A stretch of DNA of 64,000 nt from positions 1,670-65,669 of the IMG/VR virus record IMGVR_UViG_3300044950_000141; one strand, written 5' to 3'. Both the position numbers and the translations under genes were made by a program. Shown one piece after another: positions 37,151-46,928 of the stretch (positions are counted from its first letter, which is position 1; each line of letters opens with the position of its first letter). The notes beneath the pieces were generated by a model. The model did no database searches and was not told where the DNA came from. It was given only the letters and a program-made list of their open reading frames with translations. This stretch comes from a virus. Taxonomy: Duplodnaviria > Heunggongvirae > Uroviricota > Caudoviricetes.

Positions 37151-38311
37151 ATGGCTGATTTTTCCCTAACCACGCTCTTTGTTGTACCAGTAGGAAACAC
37201 ATTACCTAGCTCTGGATCAACACAAGACTTAACAGCAGGTCAAGTAGGAATATTCCTAAATGACTATAGTGTTGCCACAGCTGGTAACATTGCTGCTGCC
37301 CCTTATTTTTATGTAGCTCAAGGTAGAGTTAACACCTACTTACAAGGTTCTAAGCGTTCAGACAAAATCTCTGGATGTCCTGGTGGATCTTCTTGTAAGA
37401 CAAACGTAACTGAATGGTACAAGTCTAATGGCTGTGCTACTGTTGTAAACCAAGTAACTGATGTAGTTGATTTCACTGTAAAATGTGGTGAAATTGTTAC
37501 ATTAACTTTACGTGGTTTCTCTAGCTACTTAAACACATTGTACTTCAATGGTTTCACTCGTAGTGTAACTGTTAATGCACCTTGTTGTGATTGTGGTGGA
37601 GATCCTTGTACAGATACTGATGTTCCTGCTTTGATTGATTCATTAATCATCAAGTTAGAGGAGCATGCACCTGGTGATAACCCAGACAACATTTATTTGA
37701 CTCAGTTCTATCAGTTCCAAAGAATTGGTAACGATTCATCTGCGTTGTTACGTATCACTGGTAAACCTTTGACTGCTTATGGACAACCTTGTGACGTTGC
37801 TGCATTCCCTTGGGAGTATGACAGATTCTACTTTAGAACTTTCATCTTCTCTGGTCCAGCTACAACTGCTGACTTTATTGTTGACGATCCTTGTAACAGA
37901 GTTGCTCAACCTGTAATCACTCAACGTTCTAACTATCCTGCTGGTACTTCTGCTGAGGTTCAACAATTAGAAAAGAACTTCTATAGCTACCAAGCTGGTT
38001 ACTTAAAGCATTTATACAGAATGAATGGTTACAACGAGAACTTTGAGTCTTGGGTAACTGATGGTACAATCTATGATTTGTATTACATCAAATTCAATGA
38101 GTATGACAAGAGTGCTTACCAATGGGGTGATTACATCATGGAAGATTCAACTGTAATCATTGCTGTTCCTAACAACCAAACAACTGCTATCGAAGCTATC
38201 TTAGAAGCTGGTTTAGGAACTGTTGCAGGTGACACAGCTTGTCTTACTACTACTAGTACTACAACTACTGTATGGCCTAGCACTTCAACAACAACTACTT
38301 TGATCCCTTAA
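37151..38311 (+). CDS. abundant virion protein (386 aa) with C-terminal poly-Thr tail
   Basis: Biased codon usage; ends TTTSTTTTVWPSTSTTTTLIP; followed by a strong terminator. Confidence 0.5.
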   Translation: MADFSLTTLFVVPVGNTLPSSGSTQDLTAGQVGIFLNDYSVATAGNIAAAPYFYVAQGRVNTYLQGSKRSDKISGCPGGSSCKTNVTEWYKSNGCATVVNQVTDVVDFTVKCGEIVTLTLRGFSSYLNTLYFNGFTRSVTVNAPCCDCGGDPCTDTDVPALIDSLIIKLEEHAPGDNPDNIYLTQFYQFQRIGNDSSALLRITGKPLTAYGQPCDVAAFPWEYDRFYFRTFIFSGPATTADFIVDDPCNRVAQPVITQRSNYPAGTSAEVQQLEKNFYSYQAGYLKHLYRMNGYNENFESWVTDGTIYDLYYIKFNEYDKSAYQWGDYIMEDSTVIIAVPNNQTTAIEAILEAGLGTVAGDTACLTTTSTTTTVWPSTSTTTTLIP

Positions 38312-38339
38312 GGAAAAAGGTAGCATCATATTAACCTAT

Positions 38340-38383
38340 GCCAGAGGGTGAGAGGATATCTCAAATCCTCTGGCATTTTTATT
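38340..38383 (+). terminator. rho-independent terminator (GCCAGAGG...CCTCTGGC + ATTTTTATT)
   Basis: 8-bp stem, 19-nt loop, T-run. Confidence 0.6.
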
Positions 38384-38393
38384 AAAAAAAATC

Positions 38394-38951
38394 ATGACAT
38401 TAGATTTTTTAGTAATTAATACTTACACCACTGAGACATTAGCAATAGCTGATACTTCTGTATATGATACAGATCCACCAGTTGTTAGTGCTCCCACTAT
38501 GCAAATCACTGTACCTGGTTACACTTCTCCTGTTGCTATTCCTTTTAATGTTCAACAAATAAATACTTATAACTCAACTATATTGGGTTTGACTGTTTTT
38601 CCTGCTACAGCTCCTTTACCTGATGGTGTATATTTCATGAGATATTCAGTTGCTCCTGCTACTGTAAATTATGTAGAGAAAAATATCATGCGTACAGCAG
38701 CTATACAAGAAAAGTTTGATAGTGCATTTATGAAACTTGACATGATGGAATGTGATTCAGCTATTAGAACCCAAGCAAAAGTAGTTTTAAGTAGTATCAA
38801 CTTTATGATTCAAGGCTCCATAGCAGCAGCTAATAACTGTGCTATTGATACAGCCAACAAATTATACATGCAAGCTAACAGACAATTAGATTATTTTATT
38901 GCAAACCAATGTGGTTGTACAGGAAACAACTATATAATTAATTTTCCTTAA
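38394..38951 (+). CDS. tail-associated hypothetical protein (185 aa)
   Basis: ORF track. Confidence 0.45.
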   Translation: MTLDFLVINTYTTETLAIADTSVYDTDPPVVSAPTMQITVPGYTSPVAIPFNVQQINTYNSTILGLTVFPATAPLPDGVYFMRYSVAPATVNYVEKNIMRTAAIQEKFDSAFMKLDMMECDSAIRTQAKVVLSSINFMIQGSIAAANNCAIDTANKLYMQANRQLDYFIANQCGCTGNNYIINFP

Positions 38952-39064
38952 TATGGCAAACTGTAGAGACTGTGGCATGAAGGTAGGATGTGGCTGTCAA
39001 TTAATTAATGGCCTATGTTCAGCATGCAACAATAAACTTAAAACTGCTACAAATAGAATAAAAG

Positions 39065-39340
39065 ATGTTATCACCAAGATTAACAAATTGTGTAATCAAT
39101 GGTAGTATTCCAGCTACATTGACAAAAATTGATGAAAGACTGACTTACTGGGCAAATCGCCAGTATAACAATATTATATTCTCTATGAATAATTATATTC
39201 CTGGAGAAGTAATTGATGATCTATTAACTTACAAACAAATATTAACATACAGACTTTGTAACACAACCTATGCTATGGTATGTGGTGTTCCTACTGATTC
39301 TCAGATTATAAGTAGAGTTATAGTGTTAATTAATAAATAA
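39065..39340 (+). CDS. hypothetical protein (91 aa)
   Basis: ORF track. Confidence 0.4.
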   Translation: MLSPRLTNCVINGSIPATLTKIDERLTYWANRQYNNIIFSMNNYIPGEVIDDLLTYKQILTYRLCNTTYAMVCGVPTDSQIISRVIVLINK

Positions 39341-39348
39341 ATTATAAA

Positions 39349-40542
39349 ATGCCAGAAGATACCACTACTACTAGCACTACAAGTACAACTTCTACCATTA
39401 CAACAACAAGACCTTGTGATGCCTGTTATAATGGATGTGTACAAATTGTATCTGATCAATGTGTTAGATATACAGGTCTTGACAGCATCCCTTTAGATAT
39501 AACATATGGAGATAACCTTCAGCTTGTATTAGATAATATAATTAATAACTTAGTCCCTCTCTTAACTGGAGAAGGAGATAAGATTCTTATATTAGAAAGT
39601 ATACGTTGTGCAATTATAAATGGTTATTTACCTACTCCAAGTGAAGCAGATACTTGGACATCTGCACAGTTGTTTAATGCTTTAGTACAAGTAGTTTGTG
39701 ATTTACAAGCTCAGATTGATGCAATTGATGCTGAAATAACTATACTAAATGCTGACTATGATATTGATTGTTTGACTGGTGTAACAACTAGCTCAGATAC
39801 GCATGCTATTGTCCAAGCTATTATAACAAGGCTATGTGATACTATAGCTGATCTTGCTGCTCTTGAACTTGATGTAGCTACAAACTATGTTAAACTATCA
39901 GATCTTGATGCTTTGATTGCAGCTTATTTAGCTAGTCAAGCAGGAAGTGGAAGCATACAACAATATTTAAAAATGGTTCCATTTGTAGCATATGAATATT
40001 ATGGACCATTGAGTAACTTTGATGGATCAGGTGTTGGTTTTCCAAGTCTTGGTTTCTATAAGGTGTATCTATGTAATGGTCTTAATGCCACTCCTGATAA
40101 AAGAGGACGTGTTGCTGTTGGAGCTATTGATAATGTTCCTCCTATTAATATTGGCCTTGATGCTTCTGTAAATCCTGCTTTTGTTGGAAATCCAAACTAT
40201 GCATTATTCACCACAGCAGGTGCAAATAGTGTAACACTTATTACATCACAATTGCCTTCTCACTCACACACTGCAGTAGGAACAACAAATGTTACATTAA
40301 ATGATCCTGGTCACTTCCATTTTGGTGGAAAAACAAATGATTTTGGTGGAGCAAGTGGAAGTATAGGTTTATCTAAAAACCTTCCTCAAAATTATGCAAC
40401 AACAACTAGTACAACTGGAATAACAGTTACTTCTAATACTCCTGGTAACGTATCTATTGGAATTGACAATACAGGTAGTGGACAAGCTCACGCAAACATC
40501 CAACCTGTTATTGCTGCGTATTATATAATGTATATTCCTTAA
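39349..40542 (+). CDS. tail fiber protein with phage tail-collar domain
   Basis: N-terminal poly-Thr/Ser; NYALFTTAGANSVTLITSQLPSHSHTAVG matches the tail-collar motif (...lP.H.Ht...). Confidence 0.55.
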   Translation: MPEDTTTTSTTSTTSTITTTRPCDACYNGCVQIVSDQCVRYTGLDSIPLDITYGDNLQLVLDNIINNLVPLLTGEGDKILILESIRCAIINGYLPTPSEADTWTSAQLFNALVQVVCDLQAQIDAIDAEITILNADYDIDCLTGVTTSSDTHAIVQAIITRLCDTIADLAALELDVATNYVKLSDLDALIAAYLASQAGSGSIQQYLKMVPFVAYEYYGPLSNFDGSGVGFPSLGFYKVYLCNGLNATPDKRGRVAVGAIDNVPPINIGLDASVNPAFVGNPNYALFTTAGANSVTLITSQLPSHSHTAVGTTNVTLNDPGHFHFGGKTNDFGGASGSIGLSKNLPQNYATTTSTTGITVTSNTPGNVSIGIDNTGSGQAHANIQPVIAAYYIMYIP

Positions 40543-40563
40543 TTTATCTAAACTAATAATAAA

Positions 40564-43014
40564 ATGGCTTGCAATCCTGGCGATCCTTGTTATAACGCAT
40601 ATTATCAACCTAGTGAAAACTGTGGTTCTATCCCTTGTGAAACTACAGCAGATCGTGTTATATATAATGGACCTAACCTTCCTTGTTCAGGAATTCAAAC
40701 TGGAGAAAACTTAGACTGTGCTCTATCAAAAATAGATGATGCTCTTTGTAATGGTGTTGTTGGTCTTAATGGTACCTCTGGTACTTCAGGTATATCTGGC
40801 TCGTCTGGCATATCTGGAACCAATGGAACATCTGCAACTTCTGGTGTTACAGGTCCTTCTGGAACAAATGGTACTTCTGGTTCATCTGGAATTACAGGTA
40901 CATCTGGAACATCATCAAGTGGTTCTAGTGGTACTAGTGGCTCTTCTGGTAGAGCTGGTTCAAATGGCACTAGTGGTTCTGCTGGTGTGAGTGGCACAGG
41001 TGGTACAAGTGGTACTTCAGGTACTTCTGCTACTAGTGGTACTTCAGGTACTGATGGTTCAAATGGAACTTCTGCTACTTCTGGAACAGATGGAAGTAGT
41101 GGAACTAGTGGTAGAGATGCCACAGCAGGAACATCTGGTCAAGATGGAACATCTGGTACAAGTGCAAGTTCTGGTACCTCTGCTTCTAGTGGATTAACTG
41201 GTACAGCTGGAACATCTGGAACATCTGGCACATCAGCATCTTCTGGAACTGCAGGTCAAGATGGAGATAGATATTTAACAAGTTCTACAACTTCTTTATT
41301 AATAGGAACAGGATCAAAAAGTTTAACAGTAGGAACAGGGTTAGCATATAGTGTTGCACAGACAGCTATCATAGTATATGATGTAAGTAATACAATGCAA
41401 GGAACTGTTACCTCTTATAATAGTGGAACAGGTGCATTAGTAATTAATGTCACCACCATAGCAGGTGCAGGAACCTATGCTGTATGGACAGTAAATCTGT
41501 TTGGTGCATCTGGTGGTAATGGTACTTCTGGAATAGCTGGTACTTCTGGCACAGCTGGTACGTCTGCTTCTTCAGGTTCATCTGGTTCTTCAGGGTCATC
41601 TGGTACTTCAGGTACCACAGGTACATCTGGAACATCTGCTTCTTCAGGTAGCTCAGGAAGTTCAGGTAGCTCAGGATCAACAGGTACATCAGGTACTGCT
41701 GCCACTTCTGGTACAAGTACTGGTACAAGTGGTACAAGTGGTGTAAATGCAACTTCAGGAACTGCAGGTATAAATGGTTCTTCTGGAACTGCAGGTACAA
41801 GCGGAGCGAGTGTGACAGGTCCTTCAGGATCTTCAGGTACCTCAGGGTCATCAGGATCATCAGGCTCCTCTGGATCTTCTGGATCTTCAGGTACTTCTGC
41901 TTCTTCTGGTTCAAGTGGATCAAGTGGATCAAGTGGATCATCTGGTTCTAGTGGGTCAAGTGGTACAGCTGGAGCTAATGGTGCTGTTGGTTCTTCAGGA
42001 ACATCAGGATCTTCAGGATCTTCAGGAACAAGTGGAGCTAATGGAACAAGTGGTTCATCTGGATCTTCTGGATCTTCTGGTTCAAGTGGCACTAGTGGTG
42101 CTAATGGAGCAAATGGTTCATCTGGTACTTCTGGAGCATCTGGTACAAGTGGTTCTTCAGGATCAAGTGGATCAAGTGGATCAAGTGGATCTAGTGGAAC
42201 ATCTGGAGCTAGTGGTACATCTGGATCATCTGGTAGTTCTGGTTCTAGTGGCTCTTCTGGATCTTCAGGAACATCTGGAGCTAATGGTGGTAATGGTTCC
42301 TCTGGAACATCTGGTGCTACTGGTGGTCCTGGATCACCAGGAACAAGTGGGTCGTCTGGTTCTAGTGGTTCTTCTGGATCTTCTGGAACATCTGGTGCTA
42401 CTGGTGGTCCTGGAGGAAATGGTTCTAGTGGTACAAGTGGAGCTAACGGAGGGAATGGTAGCAGTGGAACAAGTGGAACAAGTGGTGCAAGTGGTTCTTC
42501 TGGAACTGCAGGTACATCTGGTGCGAATGGAGGAAATGGATCTTCTGGAACATCTGGAAATACTGGTACTCCTGGGTCTTCAGGAACCTCTGGAGCCAAT
42601 GGTGCTAGTGGTACATCAGGAACAGGATTTACTTCTATATCTCCAACCACTGCAGAAGCTGTACTTACAGCTAATGGTACATCTAATAGTGCAACAGCAA
42701 ATACAGGAGTTTATATTTCTAGTGGAATTTATTTAAATGCTGCTGGTTATTTTGAAACATCAGATATTAGATTTAAAAATGTATTAGAAACAAACCCATC
42801 TATAGATTTGCCACTAGATGTAATTAAATTTACAAGAACAGATGAAGACAGTAATGCAATTAGATATGGTTATTCTGCACAACAAGTACAATCAGTACTA
42901 CCAGATGCAGTTTCAGGTGATGAAAAATTATCTGTAAATTACATGGATGTGCATACATTAAAAATTGCAGCCCTAGAAAAAAGAATTGCTGAACTAGAAG
43001 CTAAATTAAAATAA
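40564..43014 (+). CDS. collagen-like tail fiber with C-terminal peptidase S74 intramolecular chaperone domain
   Basis: Two long (G-X-Y)n tracts (X,Y mostly S/T/A/N). C-terminus ETSDIRFKNV...YGYSAQQVQSVLPDAVSGDEKLSVNYMDV...LEKRIAELEAKLK matches the S74 consensus (SDxRxK Ser/Lys dyad, GfiAQEvqevlPeaV, terminal coiled coil). Confidence 0.75.
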   Translation: MACNPGDPCYNAYYQPSENCGSIPCETTADRVIYNGPNLPCSGIQTGENLDCALSKIDDALCNGVVGLNGTSGTSGISGSSGISGTNGTSATSGVTGPSGTNGTSGSSGITGTSGTSSSGSSGTSGSSGRAGSNGTSGSAGVSGTGGTSGTSGTSATSGTSGTDGSNGTSATSGTDGSSGTSGRDATAGTSGQDGTSGTSASSGTSASSGLTGTAGTSGTSGTSASSGTAGQDGDRYLTSSTTSLLIGTGSKSLTVGTGLAYSVAQTAIIVYDVSNTMQGTVTSYNSGTGALVINVTTIAGAGTYAVWTVNLFGASGGNGTSGIAGTSGTAGTSASSGSSGSSGSSGTSGTTGTSGTSASSGSSGSSGSSGSTGTSGTAATSGTSTGTSGTSGVNATSGTAGINGSSGTAGTSGASVTGPSGSSGTSGSSGSSGSSGSSGSSGTSASSGSSGSSGSSGSSGSSGSSGTAGANGAVGSSGTSGSSGSSGTSGANGTSGSSGSSGSSGSSGTSGANGANGSSGTSGASGTSGSSGSSGSSGSSGSSGTSGASGTSGSSGSSGSSGSSGSSGTSGANGGNGSSGTSGATGGPGSPGTSGSSGSSGSSGSSGTSGATGGPGGNGSSGTSGANGGNGSSGTSGTSGASGSSGTAGTSGANGGNGSSGTSGNTGTPGSSGTSGANGASGTSGTGFTSISPTTAEAVLTANGTSNSATANTGVYISSGIYLNAAGYFETSDIRFKNVLETNPSIDLPLDVIKFTRTDEDSNAIRYGYSAQQVQSVLPDAVSGDEKLSVNYMDVHTLKIAALEKRIAELEAKLK
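40765..41265 (+). repeat. collagen-like G-X-Y coding repeat tract 1
   Basis: GTSGTSGISGSSGISGTNGTSATSG... triplets. Confidence 0.7.
41500..42630 (+). repeat. collagen-like G-X-Y coding repeat tract 2 (~370 residues)
   Basis: GSSGSSGSSGTSGANG... triplets; generates spurious long ORFs in other frames on both strands. Confidence 0.7.
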
Positions 43015-43015
43015 T

Positions 43016-44629
43016 ATGAGTTTTGCAAGTATAGCTGATAATCAATGTGTGTCTTGTAATAATTTACAAGATGCAACTGTTAATCCTCCATTTTATCTAA
43101 TAGCATTTCCTTCTAATCCAATTCCTGTTAGTACAAAACAAATAACTAAACAAGAATTTGAAGATTATATACTTGGTCCTCTTTCTATAACATATCCAAC
43201 TATAGCAGCGTACCCTCCTTTTGCAAATAAAACTACAAATCAACTTGTTGTAAAAAGTGATATATATACTACAGGAACAATAACTATGGAGCCTGCTTAT
43301 GGTATTTATTTTACAAGTTCAACTAATGGGAATCTTGCTGCGTTTTCATATCCTGTAACTACTATTACTACAATTAATTATGATTTTCAAGTATATGCAG
43401 ATAATGGAACTGGATTTGGATTTGAATTACATATAGATGGCACAGTTAGTAGTCCATCTAGTTATGCTCATATTACTATATATTCAAATGATCAAATAGT
43501 AGACCAATCTGATATATTCTTTCCAAGTGGTCCACAATATGTATTATTATCTTTCCCTTATGATATATATGCTCCAAGTGCTATTAGAGTAGTAGTAGAA
43601 GATGGAGGAATTAACAATGGAGTTGTTGATGTAAAATTCCCAATTTCATCAGTAGCTATTAGTAGAACAACAGGACAATATCAAGTGGTAGCTTCAGCAA
43701 AAGCGGGACCTCAATTTCTTGATAATTTACAAGGATATATATATCGTTCTATTGATTATGGTGTTAATTTCCAAAAGGTTGGAGGACAACAATCTACATT
43801 AATTGGATATTGGAGTTCAATTGCTATATCAGATACTGGAGAGTATGTAGTAGCAGGCGAACAATATGGTAAACTTATTTTCTCTAGTGATTATGGTGCT
43901 AGTTTTACAGATATAACAAGCAATATCCCTTCCTGTGATTACCCTAATCCATTAGCTATAAGCAATGTATCTATTTCAGGAGATGGAGAGCATATTATAG
44001 TATGTCTTTTCCCTTCATTATGTAGTGCTAGTACTCCAACATCTAGAAGTTATTTATCCAATGACTTTGGAGCATCATTTTCTCTTGCTATTGATGAAGA
44101 TGAACAAAATGAACAAAATAGTTTTTTTGTTAGTGAGATAAATTCAGATGGCTCTTTAATGGTTATCAGCACTCAAACAGGAATTTCTAAATCTGTTAAT
44201 AATGGTGCTAGTTGGACATCTGTTGTTTTTGGAACACAAGGCATTTCTAAAAGAGGAATATCAATGACATCAAGTGGTGCAGTGATTGGATTAATAGGTG
44301 CAGATATATATACCTCTACTAATTCAGGTAGTAGTTTTTCTACTTTTGTAGCATCGCCTAATCGTGGTATTGCTGTATTTAATGATGGCTCAAATAGATT
44401 TTATACTCTTTATTATAGTGCTAGTACTGTTTATCCAATTTATCAAAGTGGAGCTAGTTTTGCAACGCCACTGACAGCAGTGACAGGACCTGGTAATAAG
44501 CAATGGTGGACTATTTCAGCATCAGATGATGGTCAATACATATTAGCTGGCACATGTAATTATTATAGTAATAATACTAATGAATTGTGGAGGTCTAATA
44601 ATGGTGGCTCTAGTTGGATTAAAATTTAA
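43016..44629 (+). CDS. tail spike/fiber protein with BNR/Asp-box repeats (sialidase-like beta-propeller)
   Basis: Six S-x-D-x-G-x-(S/T)-(F/W) boxes: SIDYGVNF, SSDYGASF, SNDFGASF, SVNNGASW, STNSGSSF, SNNGGSSW. Confidence 0.55.
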   Translation: MSFASIADNQCVSCNNLQDATVNPPFYLIAFPSNPIPVSTKQITKQEFEDYILGPLSITYPTIAAYPPFANKTTNQLVVKSDIYTTGTITMEPAYGIYFTSSTNGNLAAFSYPVTTITTINYDFQVYADNGTGFGFELHIDGTVSSPSSYAHITIYSNDQIVDQSDIFFPSGPQYVLLSFPYDIYAPSAIRVVVEDGGINNGVVDVKFPISSVAISRTTGQYQVVASAKAGPQFLDNLQGYIYRSIDYGVNFQKVGGQQSTLIGYWSSIAISDTGEYVVAGEQYGKLIFSSDYGASFTDITSNIPSCDYPNPLAISNVSISGDGEHIIVCLFPSLCSASTPTSRSYLSNDFGASFSLAIDEDEQNEQNSFFVSEINSDGSLMVISTQTGISKSVNNGASWTSVVFGTQGISKRGISMTSSGAVIGLIGADIYTSTNSGSSFSTFVASPNRGIAVFNDGSNRFYTLYYSASTVYPIYQSGASFATPLTAVTGPGNKQWWTISASDDGQYILAGTCNYYSNNTNELWRSNNGGSSWIKI

Positions 44630-44647
44630 AATAAAACCAAATATAAA

Positions 44648-45496
44648 ATGACAGTATTAGTAACATTAACTTTAGCTGGGGCAGATACAGGCCCTTTCAA
44701 TCTTTATTCAGATGCAGATGGATTTTCAACAGCCCTAGCATCTGGTATATCAAAAGCTGCTTTGGAAGCAGGATATAGCCTTACAGGTGTGCCTGATAAT
44801 GCTACAATCATTAGAACACAATCTGAAGGAGTTTGTGTAAACTTTATTGATATGTTTATTAGTGGAACAATAACCACTACAACAACTTCTTCTTCTACAA
44901 CAAGTACATCAACTACATCAAATCCATTAGGTTGTTTAACTGGTGATACAAATGCACTTGCTACATGTACTGGAGGTGAATCAGCATTGTTTACAGTAAC
45001 AGCAGGTAATACAGCATTTATTACTCCTGGTGGATATTACTACTCTGGAACTGGTACAAGATACTATTCAGCATACATCATGGACGCAGCAAACACAACT
45101 GTATTATATACATTTAGCTATGTCCAAGTAGGTTCTAATCCAGGAACATGGACATCCACTTTAACAAATTACATTCTACCTGCAGGTACGTATCGTTTAA
45201 GAACTGATATAGTAGACTGTGGAGATAATGGTTCTGGTACATTTAGCCTAGTTGCAACTTGTAATGATAGTTATTACTATTACAATATACTAAGATTGGA
45301 TTGTACACAAGACTGTGCAGAAGGAACAACAGCCATAGGAAGAGCTACAAATGCGTTAGACCTTGGTTACTTCTATCATCCACCTGCAAGCACTGATGTT
45401 TATGAAATATTAAACCCTGTAGCTGGACCTTATTATAATGTAGATTTATTTGGCTCACCAAGCAGAGCAACATGCTCTGAAGCTTGTACTGCTTAA
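44648..45496 (+). CDS. tail-associated protein with internal poly-Thr/Ser linker (282 aa)
   Basis: TTTTSSSTTSTSTTSNPLGC segment. Confidence 0.45.
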   Translation: MTVLVTLTLAGADTGPFNLYSDADGFSTALASGISKAALEAGYSLTGVPDNATIIRTQSEGVCVNFIDMFISGTITTTTTSSSTTSTSTTSNPLGCLTGDTNALATCTGGESALFTVTAGNTAFITPGGYYYSGTGTRYYSAYIMDAANTTVLYTFSYVQVGSNPGTWTSTLTNYILPAGTYRLRTDIVDCGDNGSGTFSLVATCNDSYYYYNILRLDCTQDCAEGTTAIGRATNALDLGYFYHPPASTDVYEILNPVAGPYYNVDLFGSPSRATCSEACTA

Positions 45497-45533
45497 GATA
45501 CCAAAAAATCCTGTTTATTGGTTTACAGGATAT

Positions 45534-45563
45534 CCCCTGGCCTTTCAAGGCTGGGGGTTTTTT
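45534..45563 (+). terminator. rho-independent terminator (CCCCTGGCC-tttcaa-GGCTGGGGG-TTTTTT), preceded by a second hairpin at 45508..45531
   Basis: 9-bp stem (two G-U), T6 tail. Confidence 0.55.
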
Positions 45564-45677
45564 GTTTAAACTCTAACTAAAAAAGTTATCCTATATAACC
45601 AAAATAGTTAGGTTATTTTTGGGAATTTCAGAAATAGTTCCTATCTTTACAATAATTTTAACCAAAATAAACTATAT

Positions 45678-46928
45678 ATGCCTGAGAATCAAGCATTGCT
45701 AAACCAGCTAGAAGAAATTTTGCACTGGAAAAAGAGTAAAAAATTCTACGCTGATAAGCTTGGAATTGAAGAATCAGATGTTGATGAGTTATTAAAAGAG
45801 TTAAGAACTAGAGAAAGTATTATACAAGAAGCAGAACTGGGTAACTACATTTCTGAGTTAGAGGAAACAATAGTAAGATTTGAAGAAGACATCCTTAAAG
45901 GAACTGGAGAGATTGTCATCAATACAAAGGATGAAATCAAGAGCTTAGATGAGCTCATAATAAAGTGTAAGATTGACACAGATAAGTGGGAAATCACAAA
46001 GTACGTACAGAATTATTGGGGAAATGGAGAAACACCCCATTGGCAAGTCAAAGCATGGTTAGGGAAGAAGTCTACAGAACAAGTTTTTCAAGATGCGTTT
46101 GTAGACTTTTTAGATTCATATAAGCCTGTGTCTCAAGAAGTTATGAGTCCTAAGGTTGATTTTGGCAAACCAAATGGTATGCTAGTGATTAACAAACAAG
46201 ACTCCCATTTGAATAAGTATGATATAGATGGTAATAACAATATTGTAGATAGGTTGGCTAACATTATGTATAAGATAGAGGTGGTTACTAGTCAAGCACA
46301 GCTTTCAAATAACTTAGATCAAATTACATATATCATTGGTTCTGATGAATTTAACAGTGAGTTTACAGGAATGACCACAAAGGGCACTCCTCAAACAAAC
46401 ACTCACACATATCAAACATCTTTTGAATACATCTGTGGACACGAGGTATTGATGATTACAATGTTATTACAATATGCTGAGAATGTAAATGTTGTGTATG
46501 TAGCAGGTAATCATGATGAGTTTGTAGGATGGCATATGGTTAATTGGTTACAGACTTACTTTAGAAATACAGAGAGATTAACATTTGATTGTTCTCCTAA
46601 GTATAGAAAGTACATAAGCTATGGTAGATCAGCATTGATGTTTAATCATGGAGATGCTATTAAGCCTGCAAAGCTTGCTGCATTGTTTCCAATAGAATAT
46701 AGAGAAGGGTGGTCTTTCCATCAGAACTTCTATATCTTCACAGGAGACAAACATCATGAAGTGAGTCATGATTTCAATGGTATTAAGTTTTATCAAATCC
46801 CAGCATTCTCTAATTCTAAGAGTCTATGGGATGATAAGAATGGTCACACTATGTCCAAAGCAGAAGTGACAGGCTTCCTAATAGATGGGGAAGATGGAAT
46901 AACAAATATATTCAAACAGTATTTATAA
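45678..46928 (+). CDS. putative calcineurin-like metallophosphoesterase
   Basis: YVAGNHDEF (GNH[DE] motif III), downstream FNHGDAI and FTGDKHHEV His-rich motifs, upstream IIGSDEF acidic motif. Confidence 0.45.
   Translation: MPENQALLNQLEEILHWKKSKKFYADKLGIEESDVDELLKELRTRESIIQEAELGNYISELEETIVRFEEDILKGTGEIVINTKDEIKSLDELIIKCKIDTDKWEITKYVQNYWGNGETPHWQVKAWLGKKSTEQVFQDAFVDFLDSYKPVSQEVMSPKVDFGKPNGMLVINKQDSHLNKYDIDGNNNIVDRLANIMYKIEVVTSQAQLSNNLDQITYIIGSDEFNSEFTGMTTKGTPQTNTHTYQTSFEYICGHEVLMITMLLQYAENVNVVYVAGNHDEFVGWHMVNWLQTYFRNTERLTFDCSPKYRKYISYGRSALMFNHGDAIKPAKLAALFPIEYREGWSFHQNFYIFTGDKHHEVSHDFNGIKFYQIPAFSNSKSLWDDKNGHTMSKAEVTGFLIDGEDGITNIFKQYL

Noticed and set aside
40695-42736. Long ORFs in alternative frames and on the minus strand across the collagen gene (40695..41123-, 41450..41941-, 41475..42650-, 41915..42736+, 40736..41197+)
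   Set aside because: They are products of the (GGN-NCN-NCN)n periodicity of the collagen-like repeat. Their translations are pure Pro/Glu/Val or Leu/Val/Gln low-complexity with no independent start context. The plus-strand collagen/S74 reading frame is the coherent one.
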